Source: a virus
Lineage: Duplodnaviria > Caudoviricetes
Virus record (IMG/VR): IMGVR_UViG_3300003690_000055
Location: 74-64,073 of that record
Direction: 5' to 3' (one strand)
Length of the DNA: 64,000 nt
Shown: positions 49,168 through 57,654 of the stretch, piece by piece
Layout of the letters: each line of letters opens with the position of its first letter
Numbering within the stretch: the stretch's first letter is position 1
Made by a program: the position numbers and the translations under genes
The notes under the pieces: model-generated
The model's input: the letters and a program-made list of their open reading frames with translations, nothing else
What the model was told of the DNA's origin: nothing
The model's database searches: none

Positions 49168-50460
49168 TTAGAAGATCATCCAATTACTACTATCCGAATA
49201 CAAGTTGACAGAAGCATAAGGCGACTCAAGCGCGATATGCAGCCCACCATCAATTAACTGAGAGCCAGCTCCAGTAATCTGAATCGGGAAGGTAGCACTT
49301 GCACTTCCATCACTATTCTTAACAACATAAACACGAGTACCGACTTCATTAGCCGTTGCATCTGGTAATGTAATGATAGATCCAGACGCACAAAGATAAA
49401 TAGTACCAGCATCAGCGGCCACAATAGTATGGTCGCTAGCCTGATCCTGACTCGAAGTTACTGAGACTTTCGACCACATAAATCCCTTCGAGGTAGAAAG
49501 AATATCACCAACTGTTAATTGTCCACCCGCTGTAATGTTTGTAGAAGCCGAAAGGGCTCCAGAAACTTCAACAAGATTGGTATTCAAACAAATAAGGTCG
49601 TCATCACTATCCGTACCAATCGTTTCGCTATCTCCCAACTTAAGATTGTCCGCCCTAACCTCGCCGCTGGTGCTTACAGTAAATAATTGAGCAACGTTAA
49701 TACCACCAGCTGGGGAGAAAAGTCCCGCACTAGATGATACAGCGCCCGCTACAACAGCGCCGGCTGCACTTACAGTAAACGTTTCAGCAACGTTAATACC
49801 ACCAGCTGGCGAGAAAAGTCCCGAACTAGATGATACAGCCCCCGCTACAACAGCGCCGGCTGCACTTACAGTAAACGTTTCAGCAACATTGATGCCGCCC
49901 GCTGGGGAGAAAAGTCCCGAACTGGATGATACGGCTCCTGCCGCAACAGCACCCGCAGTACTTACAGTAAACTTTTGAGCAACATTAATACCACCAGCTG
50001 GCGAGAAAAGTCCCGAACTAGATGATACGGCGCCCAATACTGCATCACCGTCGTTGGCGATGCTAAAGGCTTCAGCTAATGTAAGACTATCAGCAGTAAG
50101 AGCGCCCGAGCCGGAGATGTCACCGTCGGACGGATTAAGACTTACTGACGAATGAATGCGTAATGTCTCGCCACTGGCGCCACCGGCCGTGTCGGCAAAA
50201 ACCGGATAGTATGTTGCGTCGGTCGACGTACCCGTAGTCGTAACAGTAGAAGTGCTAACACCCGTCAGTCTGGACGCGTCACCTTCAAAGAATGCGCCCG
50301 AAACAACAGTACTAGCGCTAAGAATGTTTACATAACCAACTGCAAATCCTGTAGAAATATCTCCAAGCTGACTATTAGAGCTAGCCGATAGACTAAATCC
50401 TGTATCAAGTATTAGAGAGCCAGATAATAGTGCTGTACCTCTTTGAAATTTATATGTCAT
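49168..50460 (-). CDS. Ser/Gly-rich fibre or decoration protein
   Basis: Strong AGGAGG SD, internal tandem repeats, C-terminal IDG...ESPY...LYSD..NW domain. Confidence 0.72.
   Translation of the reverse strand: MTYKFQRGTALLSGSLILDTGFSLSASSNSQLGDISTGFAVGYVNILSASTVVSGAFFEGDASRLTGVSTSTVTTTGTSTDATYYPVFADTAGGASGETLRIHSSVSLNPSDGDISGSGALTADSLTLAEAFSIANDGDAVLGAVSSSSGLFSPAGGINVAQKFTVSTAGAVAAGAVSSSSGLFSPAGGINVAETFTVSAAGAVVAGAVSSSSGLFSPAGGINVAETFTVSAAGAVVAGAVSSSAGLFSPAGGINVAQLFTVSTSGEVRADNLKLGDSETIGTDSDDDLICLNTNLVEVSGALSASTNITAGGQLTVGDILSTSKGFMWSKVSVTSSQDQASDHTIVAADAGTIYLCASGSIITLPDATANEVGTRVYVVKNSDGSASATFPIQITGAGSQLIDGGLHIALESPYASVNLYSDSSNWMIF
49672..50033 (-). repeat. Four 96-nt (32 aa) tandem repeats
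   Basis: GAVSSSSGLFSPAGGINVA(Q/E)xFTVS recurs with a 96-nt period, e.g. TAGATGATAC at 49731 and 49827. Confidence 0.92.
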
Positions 50461-50620
50461 ATTTAAATCCTCCTATATTATATGACGAAACGCGTGAAAA
50501 ACCACAAAAGCAAACTGTGATCACAACCTGGAGGAATGAGAAAAAATAAAACTTATATCCACAATCGTTTTCTGTACCAATTAGTCTAAACTTATGGAAA
50601 GAAGCAAAGTAATTCTATTT

Positions 50621-53191
50621 TTAATAAATATACCAATTGGCCCCGTTAGAATAGAGCTGTATAGCACCATAAGGAGATTCTATTGCAACATTCCCTTCGC
50701 CATCAATCGTTTGAGAGGCAGATGCACTCAAAGCAACCGGGTTTGCGGCCGAAGCAGCGCCACTTTCGTCCTTAATCATAACAACTTGGCCAATGGAAAA
50801 GGAGGTTGCATCAAACTCAATAGACACGGGGACCGACGTTACCCCTAAAATATAATCCGTAATGGATGCGGTGTAATTTGATGCAACAGACGTTCTTTTA
50901 TGAATCAGCCCTCCAGAAAGATGAGAGGACCCACCAACTGTCAAAAGATGAGAAGGATTCCGCGCGCCGATTCCCACCCTATCATTTAGAGCATCTACTC
51001 TGATAAGGTCAGCTTCAGTTAGGCCTTTAACTTGAAAATCGACATCGACCCCATCATTATTAATTGCAACTTTGGCATTTTGGTCGCCTCCGCTACCTGA
51101 GACCATATAGATCATGTTTTCGGCGCCGGCCTCGATGTTTATCTTATCAGGTTCAAATCTGATGAAAGTGTTTGTATCTCCATTGTGATAAATGTATTCG
51201 TTAAATCCGACGTCTCCCTCAACATCAAGAGTATAGGTGGGAGTCGTCGTGCCAATGCCCACGCGTCCAGAACCAGTTACGAATAGAATGCCAGTGCCCC
51301 CGTCGCCCTCAACCGTCAATAAACTTTCAGTCGTGCCCGAAACATGAAGTACAGCTTGTGGAGATTGTTCCCGAATGCCGACTGCATTAGCAACGCCGCC
51401 GGCGTTAACGCTTTTTACATGAAGATTATACCCGTAACCAGCTGTTGCAACTCTGAAGTTTACGTCGCCACCATCTCCAACAACTACTTCATCTGTGCCA
51501 TTCTCACTTATCTTTAATAATCTTTCGTTGCCGGCATAGAAATCAATTCGATCTTCATTTGTAAAATCAATATAAGTATCGGGATCGGTTGAACTTACTA
51601 CGTAATTCTCAGCGTAGAATGATGAGGCAGAAATATTAGAAGATGCTGAAACATTTTGTACTTGGACCGCGGAGGCTGTCAGTGTTGTATACTCTGCCAA
51701 CGATCCGGTATATGAGCCTGTTAAGGTTGTCCCATTAAATGTAAGGTTTGAGGAGGCCGCAAAAGAGCCGCCACTATTATACTGTACCTCTGTTGTCGAT
51801 CCAGCAACAGCGGCGCTACTAGTCGATGATGCCGTTAAAACAATGTTATTACTAGAATCAAGTCCCAAGTAGCTGCCATCGCCCGCCAAAGAACCGGAGG
51901 AGAGAGTAAAGTTTATTGCAGAAGCGGATAGAGTTGTTAGCTCAGCTAGCGAGCCAGTATATGAGGCAGTTAAGGTTGTTCCGTTGAATGTAAAGTTTGA
52001 TGAGCCAGCAAATGACCCAACATTATTATACTGAACTTGGGTGGACGAACCTCCGGGCGCCGCTGCAGCTGCAGTTAAAACCAAATTATAGGAAGCGTCT
52101 AATCCCAAATAGCTTCCTGTTCCCGCTAAAGTTCCCGAAGTGGGTAGCAAATTCATTAAAGAAGCTGACAGGGTGGTTACTTCTGCCAACGAACCCGTAT
52201 AAGAGCCCGTTAAGGTAGTTCCATTAAACGTAAGATTCGATGAACCCGCGAAAGCACCCGTGGCGTTGTATTGAATCTGAGTTGTGGCGCCTGCGGGTTC
52301 GGTAGTTAATCCGCTTAGGTTCGAGCCATCACCATAAAAAGCTGAAGCCGAAACATTAACGGACGCGCTCAAATCAGTTAGTGATAAAGTGTTGCTAGCT
52401 GTTAAAAATAATAGGTTTATACTTCCGCTAAAGGTACCTCCCCCTGTTTGAAACTGTACGGATCCCGTATCGCCTACCGCATTCTGACCAGTTGCTGCAA
52501 TCGAAAGTGTACTTCGGCGGCCGCCATCAGTTAGTGTGATACCATCGCCAGCGGCCAAATAACGCGCATTAGTTAACCTATCGTCAAGTGCAACTGTTAT
52601 AAATTCTGCATCAACGGGAGGATACGGCGCCGAGCGAGGTTCAGCTACTGGGCCCGCGGAAGTAGATGAAGTTACCGGCGGCGTGCGATCAATGCTCGGC
52701 ATCACTCGGAAAGTACCGGCCCGGGCGGTAATACATTCGGCGCTTATCTGAAACTTATGTTCTACTTGTCCAAAGTAATACCTAGTATCATTATAGGTTC
52801 TTACAATCTCATAAAACTGATCGCCATACTGAACAAAGTCTCCGACTCGAACAAAAAGATTTTGATCGGCCGTTAAGCGCTTGCGATGAAAGTTAACTGT
52901 TAATTTACTTTTATATTCATACCCATAACGATCATGGGTTTGTTCGTTCTCTACCTCAACATATGCATATACACGAACAGGTGGAAGAGATACTTTCTCA
53001 ATCGCTTCACCATAAATATCATTAAAATTAGACGCCTCAATGCTTATCGGATAATAAGCAAGACTCTGGCCTACAACCCTTTCGGCCAGTTCGTCATTTA
53101 CTTGTTTTACTAGGTCGCGTTCTTTTTTACCAAAGAACATAGGCGCTGGCGGGGCCGCCGGTTGCGCCCACTTATTTTTAGGATCGGCCAT
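50621..53191 (-). CDS. Head-closure (gp14-like) domain fused to a long fibre
   Basis: The N-terminal ~160 aa (DLVKQVNDEL...IYGE...GDF...YEI) is neck-like, followed by S/G/T-rich repeats. Confidence 0.65.
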   Translation of the reverse strand: MADPKNKWAQPAAPPAPMFFGKKERDLVKQVNDELAERVVGQSLAYYPISIEASNFNDIYGEAIEKVSLPPVRVYAYVEVENEQTHDRYGYEYKSKLTVNFHRKRLTADQNLFVRVGDFVQYGDQFYEIVRTYNDTRYYFGQVEHKFQISAECITARAGTFRVMPSIDRTPPVTSSTSAGPVAEPRSAPYPPVDAEFITVALDDRLTNARYLAAGDGITLTDGGRRSTLSIAATGQNAVGDTGSVQFQTGGGTFSGSINLLFLTASNTLSLTDLSASVNVSASAFYGDGSNLSGLTTEPAGATTQIQYNATGAFAGSSNLTFNGTTLTGSYTGSLAEVTTLSASLMNLLPTSGTLAGTGSYLGLDASYNLVLTAAAAAPGGSSTQVQYNNVGSFAGSSNFTFNGTTLTASYTGSLAELTTLSASAINFTLSSGSLAGDGSYLGLDSSNNIVLTASSTSSAAVAGSTTEVQYNSGGSFAASSNLTFNGTTLTGSYTGSLAEYTTLTASAVQVQNVSASSNISASSFYAENYVVSSTDPDTYIDFTNEDRIDFYAGNERLLKISENGTDEVVVGDGGDVNFRVATAGYGYNLHVKSVNAGGVANAVGIREQSPQAVLHVSGTTESLLTVEGDGGTGILFVTGSGRVGIGTTTPTYTLDVEGDVGFNEYIYHNGDTNTFIRFEPDKINIEAGAENMIYMVSGSGGDQNAKVAINNDGVDVDFQVKGLTEADLIRVDALNDRVGIGARNPSHLLTVGGSSHLSGGLIHKRTSVASNYTASITDYILGVTSVPVSIEFDATSFSIGQVVMIKDESGAASAANPVALSASASQTIDGEGNVAIESPYGAIQLYSNGANWYIY
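51670..52295 (-). repeat. Three ~80 aa repeats in the fibre
   Basis: QYNxxGxFAxSSNxTFNGTTLTxSYTGSLAE occurs three times. Confidence 0.88.
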
Positions 53192-53296
53192 CTAACGGCC
53201 CTCCCAATAAAAAGCCTTATATTTATTTAGTGCGCGAACTGCTGCCGATAATACATCGTATACCATTTCCCGCCATAGCCCCAAACACGGCTCCGT

Positions 53297-53719
53297 CTAT
53301 CCGACTCCAGCCGAACCGGACCAGTTCGAGCCGCCCGACGAGACAGAGAGATTGTTAATAGAATCAGTCGGAATGAATGTACAACCAGCCATCACAGATG
53401 TCCCCCCGCTAACACCACCAGTCAAGTGTAATTCTGTTACTTTAAGTTCCAGAGGCCCCAACTCCGTATCCGCCTTAACAAGCAAATAATTAGTACCTGT
53501 AAGACCGAAAGCAGAAAAACCAACTCTTAAATCAACAGAACCACTGTTGTTAACTTGTACCCATCGAGTCACCGTCGGAAAATGAATTGCTACGGAACCA
53601 TCTCCGTGCGTACCTCCCGAACCAACTTGAGCATCTATGTTGCCACTTGCAAAAGGTTTTCCAGATACTTGGTATGATCCAACATTGCCCAATCCTACTT
53701 TATATTGTAATACAGCCAT
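53297..53719 (-). CDS. Small virion protein
   Basis: GLGNVGSYQVSG, FPTVTRW; late motif upstream. Confidence 0.65.
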   Translation of the reverse strand: MAVLQYKVGLGNVGSYQVSGKPFASGNIDAQVGSGGTHGDGSVAIHFPTVTRWVQVNNSGSVDLRVGFSAFGLTGTNYLLVKADTELGPLELKVTELHLTGGVSGGTSVMAGCTFIPTDSINNLSVSSGGSNWSGSAGVG

Positions 53720-53760
53720 AGTTTTGTCTCCGTCTAATAAATAGCATGCTATTAACTGTT

Positions 53761-53982
53761 TTATCTAAACAATTTAGCATCCTTCTTCCTTTGCAGCTTT
53801 CGTTGTTCGCGAATTGCCTTCTGATGTTTTAGTTTGCGGCGAGTCGCCGGCTTAATGTAGTAATCGGTTTTCTCTCTATAAGTTTCGACAACGCGTTCCT
53901 TTTTGCATTTCCTAACAAACCTTCTTATCAATCTCTCGCTTGTTTCGCCGCGGCGCAGTTCAACCCTAACATTCGTTGCCAT
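53761..53982 (-). CDS. rpsU: Phage-encoded ribosomal protein bS21
   Basis: V.....E..ERLIRRF.RK.KK.......R....YIKP...RK pattern of bS21; 73 aa, basic. Confidence 0.85.
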   Translation of the reverse strand: MATNVRVELRRGETSERLIRRFVRKCKKERVVETYREKTDYYIKPATRRKLKHQKAIREQRKLQRKKDAKLFR

Positions 53983-53989
53983 TCTGCAC

Positions 53990-54442
53990 CTACTTTCCTT
54001 CTTTTACATCGTTCATATGAGCATTCCAATTTCCGCCAACAGCCCCGAGCAAATTGGATATATCCACCCCTGCATCTTCAGGTGCTTGCCTAGATAAGGG
54101 GCCAGCCTGTTGGCTAGGACTAGCTTGAGCCGGGACTGGGGTAGTGCCCTCAAAAAGATTCATACCATTATAGGCGGCTCCTCCAATGGCTTCCATTAAT
54201 TTTGTTTTATGTTTTTTTAATTTATCGCTTTGTTGGGTGCTAAAAGCATTTCGCTTCATTCTTTCAAGAGTGGGGTCGACCTTCGTCTCGGCGGTTTGCA
54301 ATGAGGGCACCGTTTGAGTTGTATGCATTCCGCGGGCAACTTCAGATATAAGACTCGAAAGTACTCCATCCTCAAATATTACTTCTTTTATACACTCTTT
54401 TATAAGAGGCTTCAAAATCTTCTTTAGTTCTGTCTTTTTCAT
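53990..54442 (-). CDS. Hypothetical head-region protein
   Basis: N-terminal LKKILKPLIKECIKEVIFE motif. Confidence 0.7.
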   Translation of the reverse strand: MKKTELKKILKPLIKECIKEVIFEDGVLSSLISEVARGMHTTQTVPSLQTAETKVDPTLERMKRNAFSTQQSDKLKKHKTKLMEAIGGAAYNGMNLFEGTTPVPAQASPSQQAGPLSRQAPEDAGVDISNLLGAVGGNWNAHMNDVKEGK

Positions 54443-54452
54443 TTAAAATATT

Positions 54453-54923
54453 TTATTCTGTTCTTTCACCAGCGCCCAGGCCGCGAATGAGATCATCAAT
54501 TTTCTCTAAGACCTGGGTGCCTAGTTCTGAATTTGTTCGAAATTTCTTGAGAGCTATCCGCATTTCAGAAAAAGACGGCGAACTAAGCAGATCGAGCGCC
54601 TTTGCATCTTGAAAAAAGTCTTTGTTGAGAGCTCGGAAATCGCGATTGAGATTGGCAAAAAGTTTATCATACTTCTTCTTGTGAAGCTCTAAAATTTTAG
54701 TTTTCTTTCCGCCAGCATAGGCGCCCTGAATATCTCTAGCCGTAGAGGGAGCCTCTCCAGTAGCAGCATATTTAGCTGCGCCGGCGATCCTTTTACCAAC
54801 ACCCTTCATTCCTGCCCCGATGCCGGCTCCGCGAGCGCGCTGGCGGTCGAACCATCCTTCTTCAATAACAGCATTTATTTCTTCTTTGATAATCTGTTCC
54901 AATTCTTGTTTTAAAATTTCCAT
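54453..54923 (-). CDS. Hypothetical head-region protein
   Basis: N-terminal LEQIIKEEINAVIEEG motif. Confidence 0.7.
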   Translation of the reverse strand: MEILKQELEQIIKEEINAVIEEGWFDRQRARGAGIGAGMKGVGKRIAGAAKYAATGEAPSTARDIQGAYAGGKKTKILELHKKKYDKLFANLNRDFRALNKDFFQDAKALDLLSSPSFSEMRIALKKFRTNSELGTQVLEKIDDLIRGLGAGERTE

Positions 54924-54926
54924 TTT

Positions 54927-55526
54927 TTAATTTCCTATAATTTCATTCATTAAATTTATAAGCTTATTGTTCTTTTGAGCCTGTTCATTCATTAACTTAT
55001 TCTCAGAAAGACTCATAAAAGCGCCTGGCGTAGAGGGTTCCGAAACAATATCAAAACAGATAAGCTGGAAATCATCTTCTACGATTGTCTTTCCCTGCTG
55101 TTCAGTAACGGAGCCCATACCTCTAGATGAAATACCAATCTTTACGCCAGCATCCACAAGAGCCCGAAGGATTTGGCCGGCAGGGGTGTTAAGTACCTGG
55201 CACTTCCCCATAACAGCGGGTCCGTCCATCCAAATGTCGATAACCATGTGAGAAACATTCGCCAGATTAACTATGGAAGATTCTGGATGGTCTAGCTCTC
55301 CGAGCGCGCGGCGCTCGTCAACAACTTGAGTATATTTCTTAACTTCTCGTTGCATAATCGCTTCAGAATAAACGCGACCGTTACCATTTTCACAACCACC
55401 CTCTTGGAGCTTGCCCGTAATGAACATGGCGCCTTCTCGCACCATCTTCTTCTCGGCTTCCGTCAGGAGATCCTGACAGACGCCCCCTTCGCATAGCTCA
55501 TAGTATTCGCGGAGAAGTTGGGCCAT
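54927..55526 (-). CDS. Prohead protease (gp21-like)
   Basis: NGNGRVY, ALGELDHP, NVSH, TPAG, GISSRGMGS, DIVSEPS. Confidence 0.95.
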   Translation of the reverse strand: MAQLLREYYELCEGGVCQDLLTEAEKKMVREGAMFITGKLQEGGCENGNGRVYSEAIMQREVKKYTQVVDERRALGELDHPESSIVNLANVSHMVIDIWMDGPAVMGKCQVLNTPAGQILRALVDAGVKIGISSRGMGSVTEQQGKTIVEDDFQLICFDIVSEPSTPGAFMSLSENKLMNEQAQKNNKLINLMNEIIGN

Positions 55527-55536
55527 TGTTTATTTC

Positions 55537-55914
55537 TTATTCCCAGCCCCGCCAGCCCGACGGTGTCCCGCCGCGAACGGATCGAGGGTCCTGTGGCGGC
55601 GGTCGATAGCCTGGATTCGGATGATGATTATCTAACTCTTGCGCGTCGACGGGGCGATCGAACCGCCGCTCGGTTCCGGTACCGTGTCCCACACCCACCA
55701 TGATGCTTCCCGGTTGTTTGCCCTTTTGTACGGCGAAGCTCCCTCCGCGTTTAACCAATACATCACCGTTCATATCTTTCAATCCTTCCCCTTGGGCGAT
55801 ATAGTGATGAACGCCGGCTACCTCTTCCAATACAGAGCCATCATCATTACGAGCTACTGTCTCGTTCAAGAAGTATCTTGGGTCTATTCTTTTTACATTT
55901 TTTCTGCGTGCCAT
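55537..55914 (-). CDS. Hypothetical protein
   Basis: AAGGA SD; N-terminal RIDPRYFLNE. Confidence 0.65.
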   Translation of the reverse strand: MARRKNVKRIDPRYFLNETVARNDDGSVLEEVAGVHHYIAQGEGLKDMNGDVLVKRGGSFAVQKGKQPGSIMVGVGHGTGTERRFDRPVDAQELDNHHPNPGYRPPPQDPRSVRGGTPSGWRGWE

Positions 55915-55967
55915 TATCTTGTTCCTTTTGAAATTTAAAGTTTTAACGTGGGGCCTCTCGACCCCAC

Positions 55968-56024
55968 CTAAAGTATGCTACCGGAGCAGCACCTACGAAC
56001 CGGTTGGATCATCCATTTTTTCAT
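55968..56024 (-). CDS. Putative 18-aa peptide MKKWMIQPVRRCCSGSIL
   Basis: ATGA overlap with the upstream stop, GGAGG SD, followed by a GAGA-tetraloop hairpin at 55948-55967. Confidence 0.45.
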   Translation of the reverse strand: MKKWMIQPVRRCCSGSIL

Positions 56025-56341
56025 GATTGCTCACCTCCTTTGTGGATCACCCTGATCCCGTAATCCTCTACCAACATACTCAGAAAGTATGATGTTCCAG
56101 CACTAATACATCCGCAAATAAACGCATTTACAAAAGTATAGTCAAAATTAAATAGTTCTGTATAAGGACTTATGCCCCATAGAAACACGCCAACCCAAAA
56201 TCCCATACACAAATGACAATGAAATAATCTACCGAATCCGCCCCATGCCTTACACGGTGGGCGGATCTTATTAAAGATGTGTCCATGAACAATAATAAAA
56301 GTCATGCCGTATGCAGCAAGAACGAAATGTAGCAATTCCAC
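56021..56341 (-). CDS. Small membrane protein with CxxC (DUF1360-like)
   Basis: Three hydrophobic segments, LFHCHLCMGFW. Confidence 0.7.
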   Translation of the reverse strand: MELLHFVLAAYGMTFIIVHGHIFNKIRPPCKAWGGFGRLFHCHLCMGFWVGVFLWGISPYTELFNFDYTFVNAFICGCISAGTSYFLSMLVEDYGIRVIHKGGEQS

Positions 56342-56342
56342 T

Positions 56343-56849
56343 TTAATATCGATTTCTTAATGGATAGTAGTAGTAGCCCGGGCGCATAGAACCCTTCTCG
56401 GCATACTGTGGAACTTCATCGTATTCGGTGGTGTCGCGATCGGTCGGATGCGTATACAGATCTTCCAGTTCTTTCTCGTATTGGTCTGCTACTCTTTCGC
56501 TCGCAGACTCATGGTCAATGAACTCTGCAACGATATATACAGCGGCCTGTAGGGGGTTTACCTCATCATTACCATAAATCTCTCCCTCTAAGGATCGAAA
56601 GACATTTCCGCCTCGTATCGAAGAGCGATCAACGATACCTTTCTCGGCGAGCAGTTCGAGCAAACGACTTTGATAATCATAAACGTCTTCAGTAGCTATT
56701 GCCTTCGGGAAAGTAACAACCTTCATTTGTTCTGGCATCACAGCAATATCAATTTTTTTGTGATCCATAACAAGCAGCGAACCATCTAAACCCTTGCGAG
56801 CATTAAGTTCTACAGTTGCATGCGGGCCACCAATTTTAATTTTAATCAT
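56343..56849 (-). CDS. Hypothetical protein
   Basis: 168 aa in the portal operon. Confidence 0.7.
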   Translation of the reverse strand: MIKIKIGGPHATVELNARKGLDGSLLVMDHKKIDIAVMPEQMKVVTFPKAIATEDVYDYQSRLLELLAEKGIVDRSSIRGGNVFRSLEGEIYGNDEVNPLQAAVYIVAEFIDHESASERVADQYEKELEDLYTHPTDRDTTEYDEVPQYAEKGSMRPGYYYYPLRNRY

Positions 56850-57654
56850 TTACTGAAAGCTCCCGAATTAACTCCTGTGTCTTTAAAATCTTATCGAGAT
56901 CTTGTTGTGCAAACTCTCGCTTACGAAAATCTTCAAGATAATCAGCAACACCACTAACCTTTTGCTCTATGAGAGGTTCCAACTCGACGTTTACCGCTTT
57001 ACTAAGTAGGCCCTTAAGCCTTGATAATTCTTCATTGAGGTAAAGCCGTAGTTCGAACCCATCATCAGCAAAACTTGTAATAAAATGATTTAATAATTCT
57101 TTCTGTTCTTGTAAAAGATTTCCATACTTCTCATTAAATTTCTTAATAAATGAATTATAAGTTAAATTATCAAGCGATTTTAATGTGTCAGACTCTGAGA
57201 GTGACGATTTTTCACTCATTCTATCAATTATAGACTGCTCAAATAAAACTCTTTTTTTAACAGCCGTTCTAGTATTAAAGATAGCATCAACAGAGGCTAG
57301 AGATTTAAAGTTTGGAACAAAATTACCCCAAACGTCTTTACCCAATCCTTTGTTAATGGCCGCTATAATACGAGACTGGGCATCAAAAATAGTATTTTCA
57401 CTTAAAGCAGTATAGGCCGTCTTTGCTTCTTGTAATAATCTCTCAGCAACTTTCGACTGAATTTGCCTTGTCTCAAGCAAGATATTATAAAGTTCAAGTT
57501 CACGAGCAAGCGTTTCCCCCTTAGAAAAAAATTCTTTTAAGATTGTTACAGTTTTATCTTTTTTATCGGCATCCTTATCTATAATACCCTTTGTTAGCTC
57601 CTTTATAAGAGTCTCATAAATAAATGCTGTATTGCGTTTCTTATTATGTTTCAT
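56842..57654 (-). CDS. Hypothetical helical protein next to the portal, possible head assembly factor
   Basis: MKHNKKRNT start overlaps the portal stop. Confidence 0.7.
   Translation of the reverse strand: MKHNKKRNTAFIYETLIKELTKGIIDKDADKKDKTVTILKEFFSKGETLARELELYNILLETRQIQSKVAERLLQEAKTAYTALSENTIFDAQSRIIAAINKGLGKDVWGNFVPNFKSLASVDAIFNTRTAVKKRVLFEQSIIDRMSEKSSLSESDTLKSLDNLTYNSFIKKFNEKYGNLLQEQKELLNHFITSFADDGFELRLYLNEELSRLKGLLSKAVNVELEPLIEQKVSGVADYLEDFRKREFAQQDLDKILKTQELIRELSVND

Noticed and set aside
49672-50033. CRISPR array or DGR template/variable repeats
   Set aside because: These are in-frame coding repeats without unique spacers. No cas or reverse transcriptase gene is present and there is no adenine-specific variation.
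50552-50563. DnaA-box-like ATATCCACA suggesting an origin
   Set aside because: A single mismatched copy with no cluster.
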